From: Chrysomallon squamiferum
Lineage: Eukaryota; Animalia; Mollusca
NCBI GenBank assembly: GCA_012295275.1
Contig: CM022669.1
Location: forward strand, 10,106,001 to 10,170,000
Direction: 5' to 3'
DNA: 64,000 nucleotides
Made by a program: the position numbers and the translations under genes. Shown piece by piece: positions 32,152 to 43,673 of this stretch (the first letter of the stretch is position 1; each line of letters begins with the position of its first letter). The notes beneath the pieces were generated by a model. That model worked only from the letters and a program-made list of their open reading frames with translations, did no database searches and had not been told where the DNA came from.

Positions 32152-32688
32152 TTAGAATGTTAACTAAACAAAAGCCATTAATAATAAAAGAATAAATATA
32201 TATTATACAAAAATAAAGTACATAATAATGCATAAATGTTTATCTTCAAACTGCTTTTATAAAATTTATGCATCATAACGATTTACATTATTGTGATGAA
32301 TTCAATGCAGATTTATTAAACTAATTATAAAGTGAAGGTTGTTTAATGAAACTATCGATAACAGTAATGTTTTAAAAGTAATTACAATAATTGTAGTAGC
32401 TGTAATAGTAACAGCAATTGTTATCATAGTAAAAGTAACAATAGCATTTGTAAGTACTAGACATTGTAGTTGTGGTATTAATAAAAGTGGAAGTAGCAGC
32501 AATAATAGTAACACTAACAGAAGCATCAGCAGCAGTTGGTAGTGGTAACAGTAGGAGAAGCATCGGTAGCAGTTGTAAAAGAATTAGTAGTAATAGTAGT
32601 GGTGGTGTTAGTAGTATTAGTGATAGTACTAGTAAGAAACTCACTCAGTAAGAACTTTCACAGCTTGGGTAATCTGTTTTTTGGACAT
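478..32688 (-). CDS. ATR: Serine/threonine-protein kinase ATR (PIKK family), multi-exon; N-terminus through FAT domain, kinase/FATC beyond the left edge of the window
   Basis: Manually spliced 57 phase-compatible exons (5'->3'): 32688-32645, 31935-31844, 31596-31417, 30970-30800, 29946-29837, 29232-29138, 28840-28726, 28132-27999, 27512-27346, 26904-26762, 26304-26150, 25894-25792, 25188-25091, 24544-24399, 23921-23854, 23412-23331, 22910-22816, 22335-22238, 21734-21636, 21243-21167, 19768-19646, 19057-18925, 18480-18313, 17845-17749, 17250-17176, 16852-16736, 16169-16074, 15741-15640, 15124-15029, 14840-14760, 14044-13952, 13752-13667, 13379-13308, 12962-12843, 12434-12330, 12098-11984, 11556-11488, 10970-10882, 10605-10470, 10025-9853, 9396-9279, 8892-8755, 8538-8361, 7898-7717, 7402-7297, 6815-6665, 6221-6068, 5818-5703, 5345-5204, 4872-4739, 4427-4328, 3827-3705, 3118-2930, 2273-2075, 1357-1247, 1058-990, 530-478. 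Peptides match ATR as I recall it: ECLGELGAIDPGR, NELNAYRVEAAWKLGSWD, WEDGHFYLAKYYDK, SLQYGNQYIYQSMPRLLSLWLDYG, YQFYTAFPQLISRICH, FPQQAMWMLMAVSKSSY. One +1 indel in exon 3118-2930. Some N-terminal exon boundaries are less certain. Confidence 0.96.
1172..1236. repeat. (GA)n microsatellite in ATR intron
   Basis: Directly visible; explains the poly-ER/poly-SL spurious ORFs at 1025-1372 and 1091-1357. Confidence 0.95.
3060..3480. repeat. About four degenerate ~120-bp tandem copies of an ATR exon 5' edge plus acceptor region
   Basis: Motif gttactctccatacttgatgt...aacagaagtgtctg...aattaacatatctaat recurs near 3065, 3190, 3310 and 3427; the first copy is the real exon. Confidence 0.8.
9973..10310. 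repeat. Three to four degenerate ~100-bp tandem copies of an ATR exon 5' edge
   Basis: ctcattaatctgata..tctgcag....tt...cagtgcatatgcagaa recurs near 9973, 10080, 10187 and 10267. Confidence 0.8.
20030..20654. mobile_element. Non-autonomous DNA-transposon-like insertion in an ATR intron, with a terminal GACATGGAATGACCC followed by TA and five AGGTCA motifs
   Basis: GC-richer block interrupting a local AT-rich tandem repeat (ctatatcaaaaa..agcattaactaataataattct); terminal motif resembles invertebrate DNA-transposon ends; left end not identified. Confidence 0.5.
27550..27656. repeat. (AAT)n microsatellite
   Basis: Directly visible; source of the poly-L/poly-I ORFs. Confidence 0.95.
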
Positions 32689-33406
32689 GTTAGATATGTT
32701 TAATATTTTTCAATAAATGCTTCTTCAACACACCTGCAATACAAATTATTCAAAAATTAGCATCAACATCAAGTGAACGTTCTTTAAAAATTGTTCATAA
32801 AGTTACTGATAATATGTAATCTTATTGTTAATTTTCTACATTCATTTTATCTGACAATATGCAATATTTTACTTTATGTAAATCTGTCTCTACAGATTTT
32901 GTCAATGTCAACTGACTTTATACACTGGTGACATCCTGGGGGATAACCATGTACAACAGCCTCCATCAGATTTTGGACTTGACTATAGGAAAAGTGGACA
33001 AAACAAGAAAACAATATATGTTTTTTTTTTTTTTTTTTTTTTTTGTTCAGTTTCGTCTTGTTAGATTTCTGCTATGTCATCTGTTATTAAAGACTTTTTA
33101 TTAGGAACTGTATTATTCTGTGTAAAATTTCTGTCAAATCAACACCTGTTTACCTTATCCTGTGTCCATTTGTAAGATGCAACAAGTTTATCTCATGCAT
33201 GTTGATACCTAGGCCATAATACCTTAACATATTATTTAATGCTTTACTGATTTTGTGCATGTTGTAATGTATTGTCATTTAATTTTTTCCATTTTCTTTA
33301 TCAGTGAAGTCCAGTTGATGTTTCTCAACTCTTTTGTTTCTTAATCATCTTTAATTTCTTTGGTTGATTTCGATTTATATTATTTGTAAAGCCATTAATA
33401 ATAAAA

Positions 33407-33515
33407 GTCAGACGTACAGACAGTTTCTCAGACAATGTCCTTGGTTATCGAAAAGAGAAGTGAAATATATTTGCCAGGAATTCAACCCTGAGGGGAAAAT
33501 ATTTCTGAGAAATAT
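33407..33515 (+). pseudogene. 109-bp duplicated fragment of the archaemetzincin CDS (source 35223-35332)
   Basis: Aligns with 3 substitutions and 1 deletion; encodes QTYRQFLRQCPWLSKREVKYICQEFNPEG. Confidence 0.92.
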
Positions 33516-33579
33516 ATATTATATATATATATTCTTTCTTTCTTTCATTATTATTATTATTATTAAAAGAGTGAGTCCT

Positions 33580-34000
33580 ACGTGACAGTAACAAACGTAC
33601 CAGTCAAGTGCCAATGTCAGTGGATTTATCTATCGTTTATCCTTATTTACTATCAGTAAAAACTATCATCGGATTATGACTAAACGTTTAGTCCAAACTT
33701 TAGAAAAGTTCATTTTATTTCTTCCGAACACTTCCATCACCAGACATCAAACAATTCAATATTCAGTTGATATCAAAATATTATCCATGTTTTATTTATT
33801 TATTTTACCTACATAAAACAGCAGCAAAACAAATTCACAGACACGATTTTTCCGCCAAAACCCCATTTCATTTCTGCAGGTGGAGTACAGTTTTCTTGAT
33901 GCTATAAATAGAACATACTTTTTAATTGCCGTGGTTTCCCCGTGTATTGATAATTGCAGTGGTTAAATGTTACTGTTAAAGGTATTGTTATCTGTTAATT
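33580..34000. promoter_or_regulatory. Probable shared (bidirectional) ATR/AMZ promoter region with an E2F-like site TTTTTCCGCCAAAA at 33847-33860
   Basis: Divergent genes, each with a splice acceptor just upstream of its ATG (ATR 32734-32736; AMZ 34901-34902), so untranslated first exons must lie in between; candidate minus-strand donor CTG|GTACGT near 33600; motif seen directly. Confidence 0.45.
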
Positions 34001-34986
34001 AAAATAAAAATTAAGAACATATACATCTTTATGATATTTCAGGAATTATTCTTTTAATCCGTAGCTGACAGTCATACAAAATTGTATTATTATGTGAGGT
34101 GATTATAAAAGTACCGAACAAAACCGCAATGTACCTATTTTCGTGTGCTGACAATATATGGTCTCAAAATTAAATCGTAAGCCCCTCACAAAAAAAAAAA
34201 GTTAAAATAAAATGTTATGCACAATATATTCTAACTGTTTTCAGATATTAACTATTAGCATAGTAATGAAATGTTGCTGCTGTTGTGGTTGTTGTCGTTG
34301 TGTTGTTATTATCAAAAATCTGATTTTTGTAATGATCTTAAAATCGGTAAAAATTGTCTTCATATCCAATATTAATTCATTTGGATATGCAGAGACATAA
34401 ATAATGTATAAACTGTATTATAACTGAACCACTGATTAAATCTGTCAGATTTCAAAATATGTATTTTAAAGTAACAGTTTTTGTTATAATATATGTTGTT
34501 CTTAATATTAGGTCACTGATTAAACATTTTACATATTTACTGATAAGTGCACGTCGTAATTTAAGTGTCTAAGATCGAGCCAAGATAGATTTATAAACAC
34601 TGGATGTCATGTAGGTCTACAAAAGCCTCCCAGTAATATGAAAAATGTAACCAAAAAGGGCATTCGAAAAAACACACACACAAAAAAAACAACCCTAGAT
34701 GTTACAATCTGTTTATATGTTTGGACATTTATTCACTCCATCTATAATACTAATATTTATTCATTAATTATATATTTTATATATTTTATTACTCAGATTT
34801 AAAATTTTTAAAGTTCTTTTTAACTTCTTGATGACACAAATTAAACTGAATATTTGATGACATAAATGATAATCCTAAAATGTATGAACATATCTTTTTC
34901 AGATACAGTAAGAACAATAAGGAAAACAGAAATGAGAATAGCAAACACAAACCAGCAAACAACAACAAATAAACTGTTTAAAAACA

Positions 34987-36148
34987 ATGGAGTTAGAGAA
35001 AAAAGGGTTATCTAAAATAACAAATAAAAAACGAAAACGATCGTCACGATTTGTTCCCTTACGCTTCAGGGTTCAAACGACCAAGTACTACCTCGCAAAT
35101 AAACGCAATAGGTTTTTCGCCTGATGCCATAGAATCCGTTTTCAGTCCTTCGTTAGAATTCTTTCACCCCGTACCTCGTCCTACCAGCATTGATGATTGG
35201 CTAGCTCAATACACCGAAGATGGTCAGACGTACAGACAGTTTCTCAGAGAATGTCCTTGGTTATCGAAAAGAAAAGTGAAATATATTTGCCAGGAATTCA
35301 ACCCAGAGGGGAAAAATATTTCTGAGAAATATCCCGAAGGAAAGATTTATATAGTCCCACTTGGAGATTTCGATAATCAGCAAGTTCAGCTTGATAATTT
35401 CACTGATTATGTGAGACGATTTCTATGTCTGCCCGTGTCCAGTCTTCCTGAGATAAAACTGATCTGCGATAAGCAAAAGATTTTTTTTGATGAAAGTCGT
35501 GTGCAGTCCAGCTCAACACAAGCGACACGTAGGAGAACGCCCCGTGTAACAAAAACCGAACTGATCACAAGGCACAATACCAAGTCTGGTCATTTTCAGA
35601 TTAGAGTTGATTCCATTCTCCAGAAACTGAGACAGATGATTCCAAAAGACGCTTTATGTTTAATAGCGCTGACTTCAGTCGATCTTTACGGAGCCAACAG
35701 CGACTTGTTTGTCGCTGGCATGGCTGCCGGAAATCAGAGAGTTGCCATCTTTAGTCTCTACCGATACGACCCATCTTTGAACTTTTCAACCGAATTCTGG
35801 TATGAAGTTTCCAAGTCTGACGTTGTTACGGAAACGGAAAAGAAGCGCCTTCTATTTCAGAGAGGCTGCAAACTACTTGTTCACGAAATTAGCCATCTTC
35901 TTGGAATCGCTCACTGTGTTTATTTCGACTGCTGCATGAACGGATCAGGACATTTGAGTGAAGACTTCAGACAACCCATGCACCTTTGTCCCGTCGATCT
36001 GCGAAAGCTGCAGACTCTTTGTGGATTTGATGTGCATCTCAGATACGAAGATTTGTTGCAGTTTTATAAACGTCATCAGCTAAAGGATGAAGCCGGCTGG
36101 ATTGAAAAGAGACTTCAGTTTATCCGGACTATTTCATCAGTTACATGA
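34987..36148 (+). CDS. AMZ2: Archaemetzincin (peptidase M54, AMZ2-like), single coding exon, apparent +1 frameshift near 35056
   Basis: ORF 35051-36148 has HEISHLLGIAHC-x4-CCMNG...LCPVDLRKL (archaemetzincin zinc motif plus Cys cluster), DWLAQY.E.GQT and DLY. Best start is ACAATGG at 34987 (MELEKKGLSKITNKKRKRSSRFVP), one base out of frame with YASGFKRPS. Acceptor at 34901-34902. Confidence 0.88.
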
Positions 36149-36789
36149 CTCTCTTATATTATAACTATTTTCAAGAATAATCTGAATTCTTTGTATTAAT
36201 TATTCATGACTGAAGCTAATTGTGTGCGTGTGCGTGCGCGCTTCATTATTTTAATTAATTAATTATTTATTTTATTTTATTTTATTTTATTTTATTTTAT
36301 TTTATTTTATTTTTTATTTCACGAATATTACGTCAAATGTACCGTGTACATTTCTCCTGTGCATACGCACTTTTTCTCAGCGAAATTTCATTAACCTACA
36401 AGTTACAAATATATAGTTTATACACCTTGTGTTATTTCTCTCCATAATTGTATTTGCATTTTATTAATAAACAAGCAAACAAATAGCTGTTAAAAATTAT
36501 ATTTATAATTATATTTGTTGTTTGCTTAATTTATTTGTTATTTTGACGTTATTAACAATAGAGGTTATTAACGTGTTCATATTTGTCATGAATAAAGGTT
36601 CCAGTAAAAACAGTGAACGGGAGGCTCACTTTCTAGCCATAAGAATGATTTTGCTTATTTTACATCTATTAATATCTTCTAGTACTATATTACTCTCATT
36701 TATTATACAAAATTAATATTTCCTGTTGTTATTTATTCCTGTAGCGATGTTGGTTTAAAGATAGATTCGCTAAAGTTCGTTTGTACACG

Positions 36790-36829
36790 TTTACGGAAAT
36801 ATTTCCGTTTCGGTTTCGGTTTCGGCTTC
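36790..36829 (+). promoter_or_regulatory. Composite GAS-like plus multimeric IRF/ISRE element upstream of GIMAP-1
   Basis: TTACGGAAA (fits TTNCNNNAA) followed by TTTCCG-TTTCGG-TTTCGG-TTTCGG-CTTC, which is four GAAANN cores on the minus strand, about 175-210 bp before the ATG at 37003. Confidence 0.7.
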
Positions 36830-37002
36830 ATTCTGATTTTTCATTGTTGTGGACACACTACTGTTAAGATTTCTAATAACCACATTACTGTGTTTGTGAT
36901 TATTTTCGTTGTTTAAAAATACATAAATGAGTTCAAAAATTTACTGTTATTTAACAGTGAAAACAATTCGGAACTGAGTAACGGAGTTTATTTTATTACA
37001 AA

Positions 37003-37173
37003 ATGGCTTCAGGTAAGGAATCTTTTTAAACTGAATAAATATTTCCCGATGTTAACGTTTTACAGACTTATTTTATAAACACACTATTACATGTTACTGA
37101 GATCTGAAACTCAGACCTAAGAAATAGAATATTTGTTACGTTTAACTGTTAAATATCCAGTTAAAGATAGTTT

Positions 37174-37263
<90 letters not shown>

Positions 37264-38531
37264 GTCTGTCTGTCTGTCTCCTATTTGTTCCCGTGAACAA
37301 ACATTCGGCGTATATTATAAAATACACTAAATATAAACACAGCTGTTTGGTTTCTTCATTTTCAGGTAACTCGTTTTTGGAAAAAGAAATACGTATTGTA
37401 CTAATTGGCATCACCGGTTCTGGTAAAAGTTCTACGGGAAATTCCATTCTTGGAAGGAACCATTTTGTAACCGGGTCAACAGCCTCCTCTGTTACGAGCA
37501 CTAGCCAGAAAGCTGCTGCATTTCGCTTTGATCGAGATTTGATTGTTGTCGATACACCCGGTATATTTGACACCGGTCGTTCTAAAGAAGACATCAGTAG
37601 TGAAATTCTCAAGTGTATTGCAATATCAGCGCCAGGACCTCACGCTTTTATCCTCGTTGTGCGGATCGGGCGATTTACGAAAGAAGAGTCTGAAACAGTC
37701 AATTATTACAGAGATATTTTTGGCAAAGACATGATTCACTACTTGTTCGTCGTCTTTACTTGCATGGACGACTTAGAGGAAGCTGATATTACACTGGAAG
37801 AATATCTAGAAAATGCTCCCTCAAATCTGAAAGACTTCATACAAGAATTAAACGGAAAATACACTGGGATAAACAATCGAGCGAAACCACACGAAGGAAG
37901 AGAGAAGCAGGTCGAATACTTGATAAACATGATCAAATCCAATATTGAGATCAACAATGGAAACCATTACACAACCGAAATGTTATCTGCAGCAGAGCAA
38001 GAAATGTGTAAGCGAGAAGAAGAGATACTGAAAGAAAAAGAGGAAGAGAAGAGAAAAAAAAGAGAAGAAATTGAAAAAAGTATGTGGATTAAACAGCTAG
38101 AAATCGAAAAACATTTGAAAGAAGAAAACGAAAAATTGAAACTGGAGCTTCAAAGAGCAGAAGAAGAAAAGCTGAAGAAGACCGAAGAACCATCTGTAAA
38201 CAAATACAGAAAGGTCACTGAACAAGAAGACGGAGAAAGAACTAACATCAAAGGCTGTAAAAATGGAACACTCTTGACCGAATACGAAAATAAAGATATT
38301 ATAATGCTGAAAGAGAGATTGGATCGTCTTGAACAAGAAAAAAGGGAAAACGAAGTAGCGATGATGGAGAAAATAGCGAGATTGGAGAACGAAATCGCCA
38401 GGGAAGCCAGGGAACAGGCCAGAGATGAAGCTGAGAAGGGATTGCCACACATCCTAGAAAAGATGTTGAAAGTGGTAAAAGAGTTTATTGCAAAGCCAAT
38501 GGAAGCAATACTGAATCTGTTTGGGAATTAG
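37003..38531 (+). CDS. GIMAP: GIMAP/AIG1-type GTPase copy 1 (391 aa): exon1 37003-37012 (ATGGCTTCAG), exon2 37366-38531
   Basis: G1 GITGSGKSSTGNSILG, G2 SVT, G3 DTPG, conserved box PGPHAFILVVRIGRFTKEE, G4 TCMD, G5 NN, then a long coiled coil and an amphipathic tail; GT-AG phase-1 intron 37013-37365. Confidence 0.95.
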
Positions 38532-39451
38532 CCATTCTGTATGGTTTTATTTTGTTGTCTGTTTGTTTCTAATATTATCTTAGAACATTTTCTTTGTTTC
38601 ATATAAAACTAAATTTAGAAATCATGATACATTTTATCTTTTATCTAGATTTAAATCGGTGTTACAACATTTGCCAGTTTTTTTTTTTTTTTTTTTTTGT
38701 TGTTTTCTTTCTTTTATTCTTTCTTTCTTTATCTCTTTCTTTCTTTTTTTCGTGCTTTTTTTGTAAAGAGAAAAGTAGATCTTGAATATATCGAAATGTA
38801 AGATGTTTGTGTCAGACTGAAGTCATCTTCAGAAATGGCTACCAAAATTTATTGGAATACATATAGTATAACAGGCGCATGTATATCCAAATTATTTTAA
38901 ATAAAAAACCCCAAAATATCATTAACGAGACGATTCAAACAATTTCAGAGAGAAAACATTTAATTTTATGAGCATAAAGGTGAAATACTGGAAAATGGCC
39001 TTAAATTGTTTTTATTTTTATTTTTTATTATTTTTTTAAACTAACACCATACCTGATTTTAAACTGAAAATGGATTTTCGCATACCACAGAAATAGTGAA
39101 AATTTATGTACCACATGGTCAGTGTCTTTTAAAACTGAAAGAGCTAGACATCAAATGAACTGTTTTGATTTCCATAAGAAATCTACTTTAATCCTTTTGA
39201 TATGAAAACTATAATCGATGTAACCAATCAAACATTTTATAAATTATAATTGTTTTTGTATCTTATATATTTGTAAATGACAGTTACTGCATTAGTCAGT
39301 ATAAAAAATAGTTAATTAATCAATACGGTTAGGAAAATGATTTTTCTGGAGAGAAGAAAAACATTATTTGTAGAACATACTATGAGAAATTTACCGCACT
39401 GTACTAATACAATAATCATTCCTATGATGTGTTAAAACAGTTAATATGAGA

Positions 39452-39586
39452 ATGGAGATGGCAATCGCCAAGAAAGCCAGACAACAGGCCAGAGATGAAG
39501 TTGAAGGGGGATATATAATAGAAAAAACCTTGAGAGCTATAGAATCGTATATGATAAACCCAATCAAAAACCTGTTTGGGCAATGA
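39452..39586 (+). pseudogene. 3' remnant of a third, more divergent GIMAP
   Basis: MEMAIAKKARQQARDEVEGGYIIEKTLRAIESYMINPIKNLFGQ* aligns with LEMKIAREAREQARDEAEKGLPKIVVK...ILNLFGN* of GIMAP-2; no GTPase domain upstream. Confidence 0.85.
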
Positions 39587-40393
39587 CACGGCTTGGGTTT
39601 ATACAACTTTTCGAATTCCGTACTCTGTATGTTTATTTATTTATTTATTTTTAAATTTAATTTTATTATTTTTATTCAATAAATATATATATATACATTA
39701 GCTTACTAATACTTTTTTTTTTAATTGTTTTTTTTTTTTTAAACAATTTTAACAGGCATCAAATGAATTGATTTCCGCAAGAGATCTATCTTCGAATTTT
39801 CTCTCTTTTTTTGTTAATATTAAAACTGTAATTCAGGTAACCAGATAGAAATTTAGAAATTGTAATTTCTTTTATATTTTATATGTATATGTAAATTAAG
39901 CTGTTGCATTAATCTGTTTTCTTCAATAAAGAATTAATTATTTAATCAATATGGTTAGGAAAAAGATTTGCTTGGACAGAAGAGTAGCATTATTATTTGT
40001 GTGACATGATATGAGAGATTTACAGAAATGTAGTAATAAAATAACTCTTTATACAGTGTGCTTAAAAAGATTTTCTAATCGGAAGAGAAATTTTCTTTAT
40101 TTCAAACTTTTAACTTTGTAAGGTGTCTCTGTAAATTATACCTTGTATTTTCTGTGTGACAAAATCTTTCTAGATAAATGGTAGCCTGTTCTTTTCAGAA
40201 AATGAAATATAAATAAATAACCGCATATATAATGGTGTACAAACACAAAGAAAGTCTTCGTGACTTTTTTCGTTTCTTTTATCAAATGTAATGTGGCGTA
40301 TCTAACTGTCGATTTCAATGTACACATAAACTGTTATATAACTGCAACGTTTTTGTGTGTGTTTTTTTTTTTTTTTTTTTTCTTATTTTATTT

Positions 40394-40433
<40 letters not shown>

Positions 40434-40435
40434 TT

Positions 40436-40479
<44 letters not shown>

Positions 40480-40853
40480 ATAATAATAATAATAAAACAA
40501 CCAACAATAATAATAATATCCAATTAAAATATGAAATCAAACTTTACTAGAATTATTTACGACGATGACATAAAAACAAATACGCTGTCGTTGACTTCAG
40601 GTAAGGAATCCTTTTAAACTGAATAGATATTTCCCGATGTTAAAGAATTAGAAACTTATTCTATAAACACGCTATTCCATGTTACTGAGAACTGAAAATT
40701 AGTTTCTTTTAATACAACATGCTTTCCGGTAAGACATTATTTTACATATAACAAATATCTAAATTTTTTAAAATGTGAACAATATTACTCAGATCTAAAA
40801 ATTAGAATTTTTTTTTACCGATGGCTGCCGAATATCTGGTTAAAAAATAATTT

Positions 40854-40892
<39 letters not shown>

Positions 40893-41880
40893 AGATTATC
40901 ATTGTTACCGACTGATAAAAAAAAGGCCATATAAAAGTGCATGAATCCACTTTCGCGTGTCAAACTAGTCAAATCAACCAATTTTTCCAAAACTCACACA
41001 GACAGACATTTTATCACCAAGATCGATGTACACGGACCGATGTTCGTTGTAACCGAAACTAGTCACTGAGAGACGGTGATCTATTTTTGGGAAAAAGTAT
41101 GTAGCTTAATTTCCACTTTCTCTACAGTTGTATTTATAAAATAAAATAAAATAAAAACAAAAAAAAATACTTTACAATAACAATAACAATAACTATAATA
41201 ATAATGATATACTTTTCGAAAAATAGATCGGCTAGTATCGATTACAAAAGACGTCTTTGCGCGCACATCGATCGCATGGCTATCCGAGTATGTTTAGAAA
41301 TGATTACCATCATTTTATGTGACATGTTTCTATCTGCACAAGTAATAAAACATAAAAATTAATAGACAATAGAAATAAATCACTTCTGTGATAGGATAAG
41401 ACCTAAACAGCCAAGCTGGGCGTTTTGCCAGTTTCTGACAAACATGTATCAGTCAAACTTCTTACCAAGATCAGGGTCAGTTATTAATATATAACTGCAT
41501 CAAACATAAAAATAAAGATATATCTGGTTTGGTTTGCTATGTAGACAATAACAGTAAAGAGAACTATGAATTTGACTAAATTCACGAACAAAACAAGCAG
41601 AAATTCGAGTTTCTCGTCAGGGACTAAGTGACATAAAAACAAGTACGCTGTCCTCGACTTGGCAATGAATCACTACACGTTTAGGGAAATATTTACTGGT
41701 TTCGGTTTCTTTGTCTCTTATTATCGCTGACACACTGTCGTTAAAATTCCTAATAACTCTATTTCTATGTTTGTGGTTATTTTCCTTCTTTTAAAATACG
41801 TATAGCAGTTTAAAAATTTACAGCCATTTAACAGTGAAAACTATTCGGAAGTGAGTAACGGGAGTTTATTTTATTACAAC

Positions 41881-41890
41881 ATGGCTTCAG
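41881..41890 (+). CDS. Alternative GIMAP-2 micro-exon 1 (M-A-S-G), distal intact copy
   Basis: acaacATGGCTTCAG|gtaag; ISRE-like GGTTTCGGTTTC at 41698-41709. Confidence 0.65.
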
Positions 41891-42136
41891 GTAAGAAATA
41901 TTTCCCGATGTTAAAGTATTACAGGCATATTCTATAAACACGTTATTACATATTACTGACATCTAAAATTAATTTATTTTAATACAACATGCCTTCAGGG
42001 GAAACATTATTTTACATTTAACAAATATCTAATCAAATTTAAATGTGAAAGTAACATAAATGTTGTAACATATTACTGAGATCTAAAGATTACAATATTT
42101 TTTACCGATGGCGGCTGAATATCCAGTTAAAAAATA

Positions 42137-42213
<77 letters not shown>

Positions 42214-43186
42214 AGATTGTAATTGTTACCGACTGATAAAAAAAAGGCCATATAAAAGTGCATGAATCCACTTTCGCGTGTCAAACTAGTCAAATCAACC
42301 AATTTTTCCAAAAACTCACACAGACAGACATTTTGTCACCAAGATCGATGTACACGGAACGATGTTCGTTGTAACCGAAACTAGTCACTGAGAGACGCTG
42401 ATCTATTTTTGGGAAAAAGTATGTAGCATAATTTCCACTTTCTCTACAGTTGTATTTATAAAATAAAATAAAATAATTAAATAAAAAATACTTTACAATA
42501 ACAATAACAATAACTATAATAATAATGATATACTTTTCGAAAAATAGATCGGCTAGTATCGATTACAAAAGACGTCTTTGCGCGCACATCGATCGCATGG
42601 CTATCCGAATATGTTTAGAAATGATTACCATCATTTTATGTGACATGTTTGTATCTGCACAAGTAATAAAACATAAAAGAGTAACAGACAATAGAGATAA
42701 ACCACTTCTATGACAGGGGTTAAACAGCCAAGCTGGGCGTTTTGCCAGTTTCTGACAAACATGTATCAGTCAAACTTCTTATCAAGATCAGGGTTAGTTA
42801 TTAATATATAACTGCATCAAACATAAAAATAAAGATATATCTGGTTTGGTTTGCTATGTAGACAATACCAGTAAGGAGAACTATGAATCTGACTAAAATT
42901 CACCGATAGAAACTCGAGTTTCTCGTCCGGGATTAAGTGACACAAGTACGCTGTCCTCGACTCGGCAATGAATAACTACACGTTTACGGAAATATTTACT
43001 GGTTTCGGTTTCTTTGTCTCTTATTATCGCTGACACACTGTCGTTAAAATTCCTAATAACCTCTATTTCTATGTTTGTGGTTATTTTGCTTGTTTAAAAA
43101 AAAACATAGAGCAGTTCAAAAATTTGCAGTCATTTAACATTGAAAACTATTCGGAACTGAGTAACGGGAGTTTATTTTATTACAAC

Positions 43187-43196
43187 ATGGCTTCAG
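43187..43196 (+). CDS. Alternative GIMAP-2 micro-exon 1, middle intact copy
   Basis: acaacATGGCTTCAG|gtaag; ISRE-like motif at 43001-43012 preceded by TTACGGAAA. Confidence 0.65.
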
Positions 43197-43444
43197 GTAA
43201 GAAATATTTCCCGATGTTAAAGTATAAGAGACTTATTCTATAAACACATTATTACACATTAAGGAGATCTGAAAATAATTTATTTTAATAAAACGTGCCT
43301 TCTGGTAAGACGTTATTTTAGATTTAACAAATATCTAAAAAATTTAAAATGTGAAAGTAATATAAATGTTGTAACATTTTACTCAGATCTAAAAATTTGA
43401 ATATATTTTACCGATGGCTGCTGAATATACAGTTAAAATAATTT

Positions 43445-43518
<74 letters not shown>

Positions 43519-43636
43519 TTTATCAAGAACGTCGATCTGTTTTTGGGAAAAAGTATGTAGCATAATTTCCACTTCCTCTACAGTTGTATTTATAAAATTA
43601 AATTAAATAAATAAAAAATACTTTCAAATAATAATA

Positions 43637-43673
<37 letters not shown>

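Noticed and set aside
37293-37365. ORF-track N-terminal extension of GIMAP-1 (MNKHSAY...), and the TTG start of GIMAP-2 at 45568
   Set aside because: The extension is intronic, upstream of a clear acceptor; the real start for both genes is the ATGGCTTCAG micro-exon
37142-38452. Antisense ORFs over the GIMAPs (also 45507-45803)
   Set aside because: Shadow frames of the real coding strand with no domain signal
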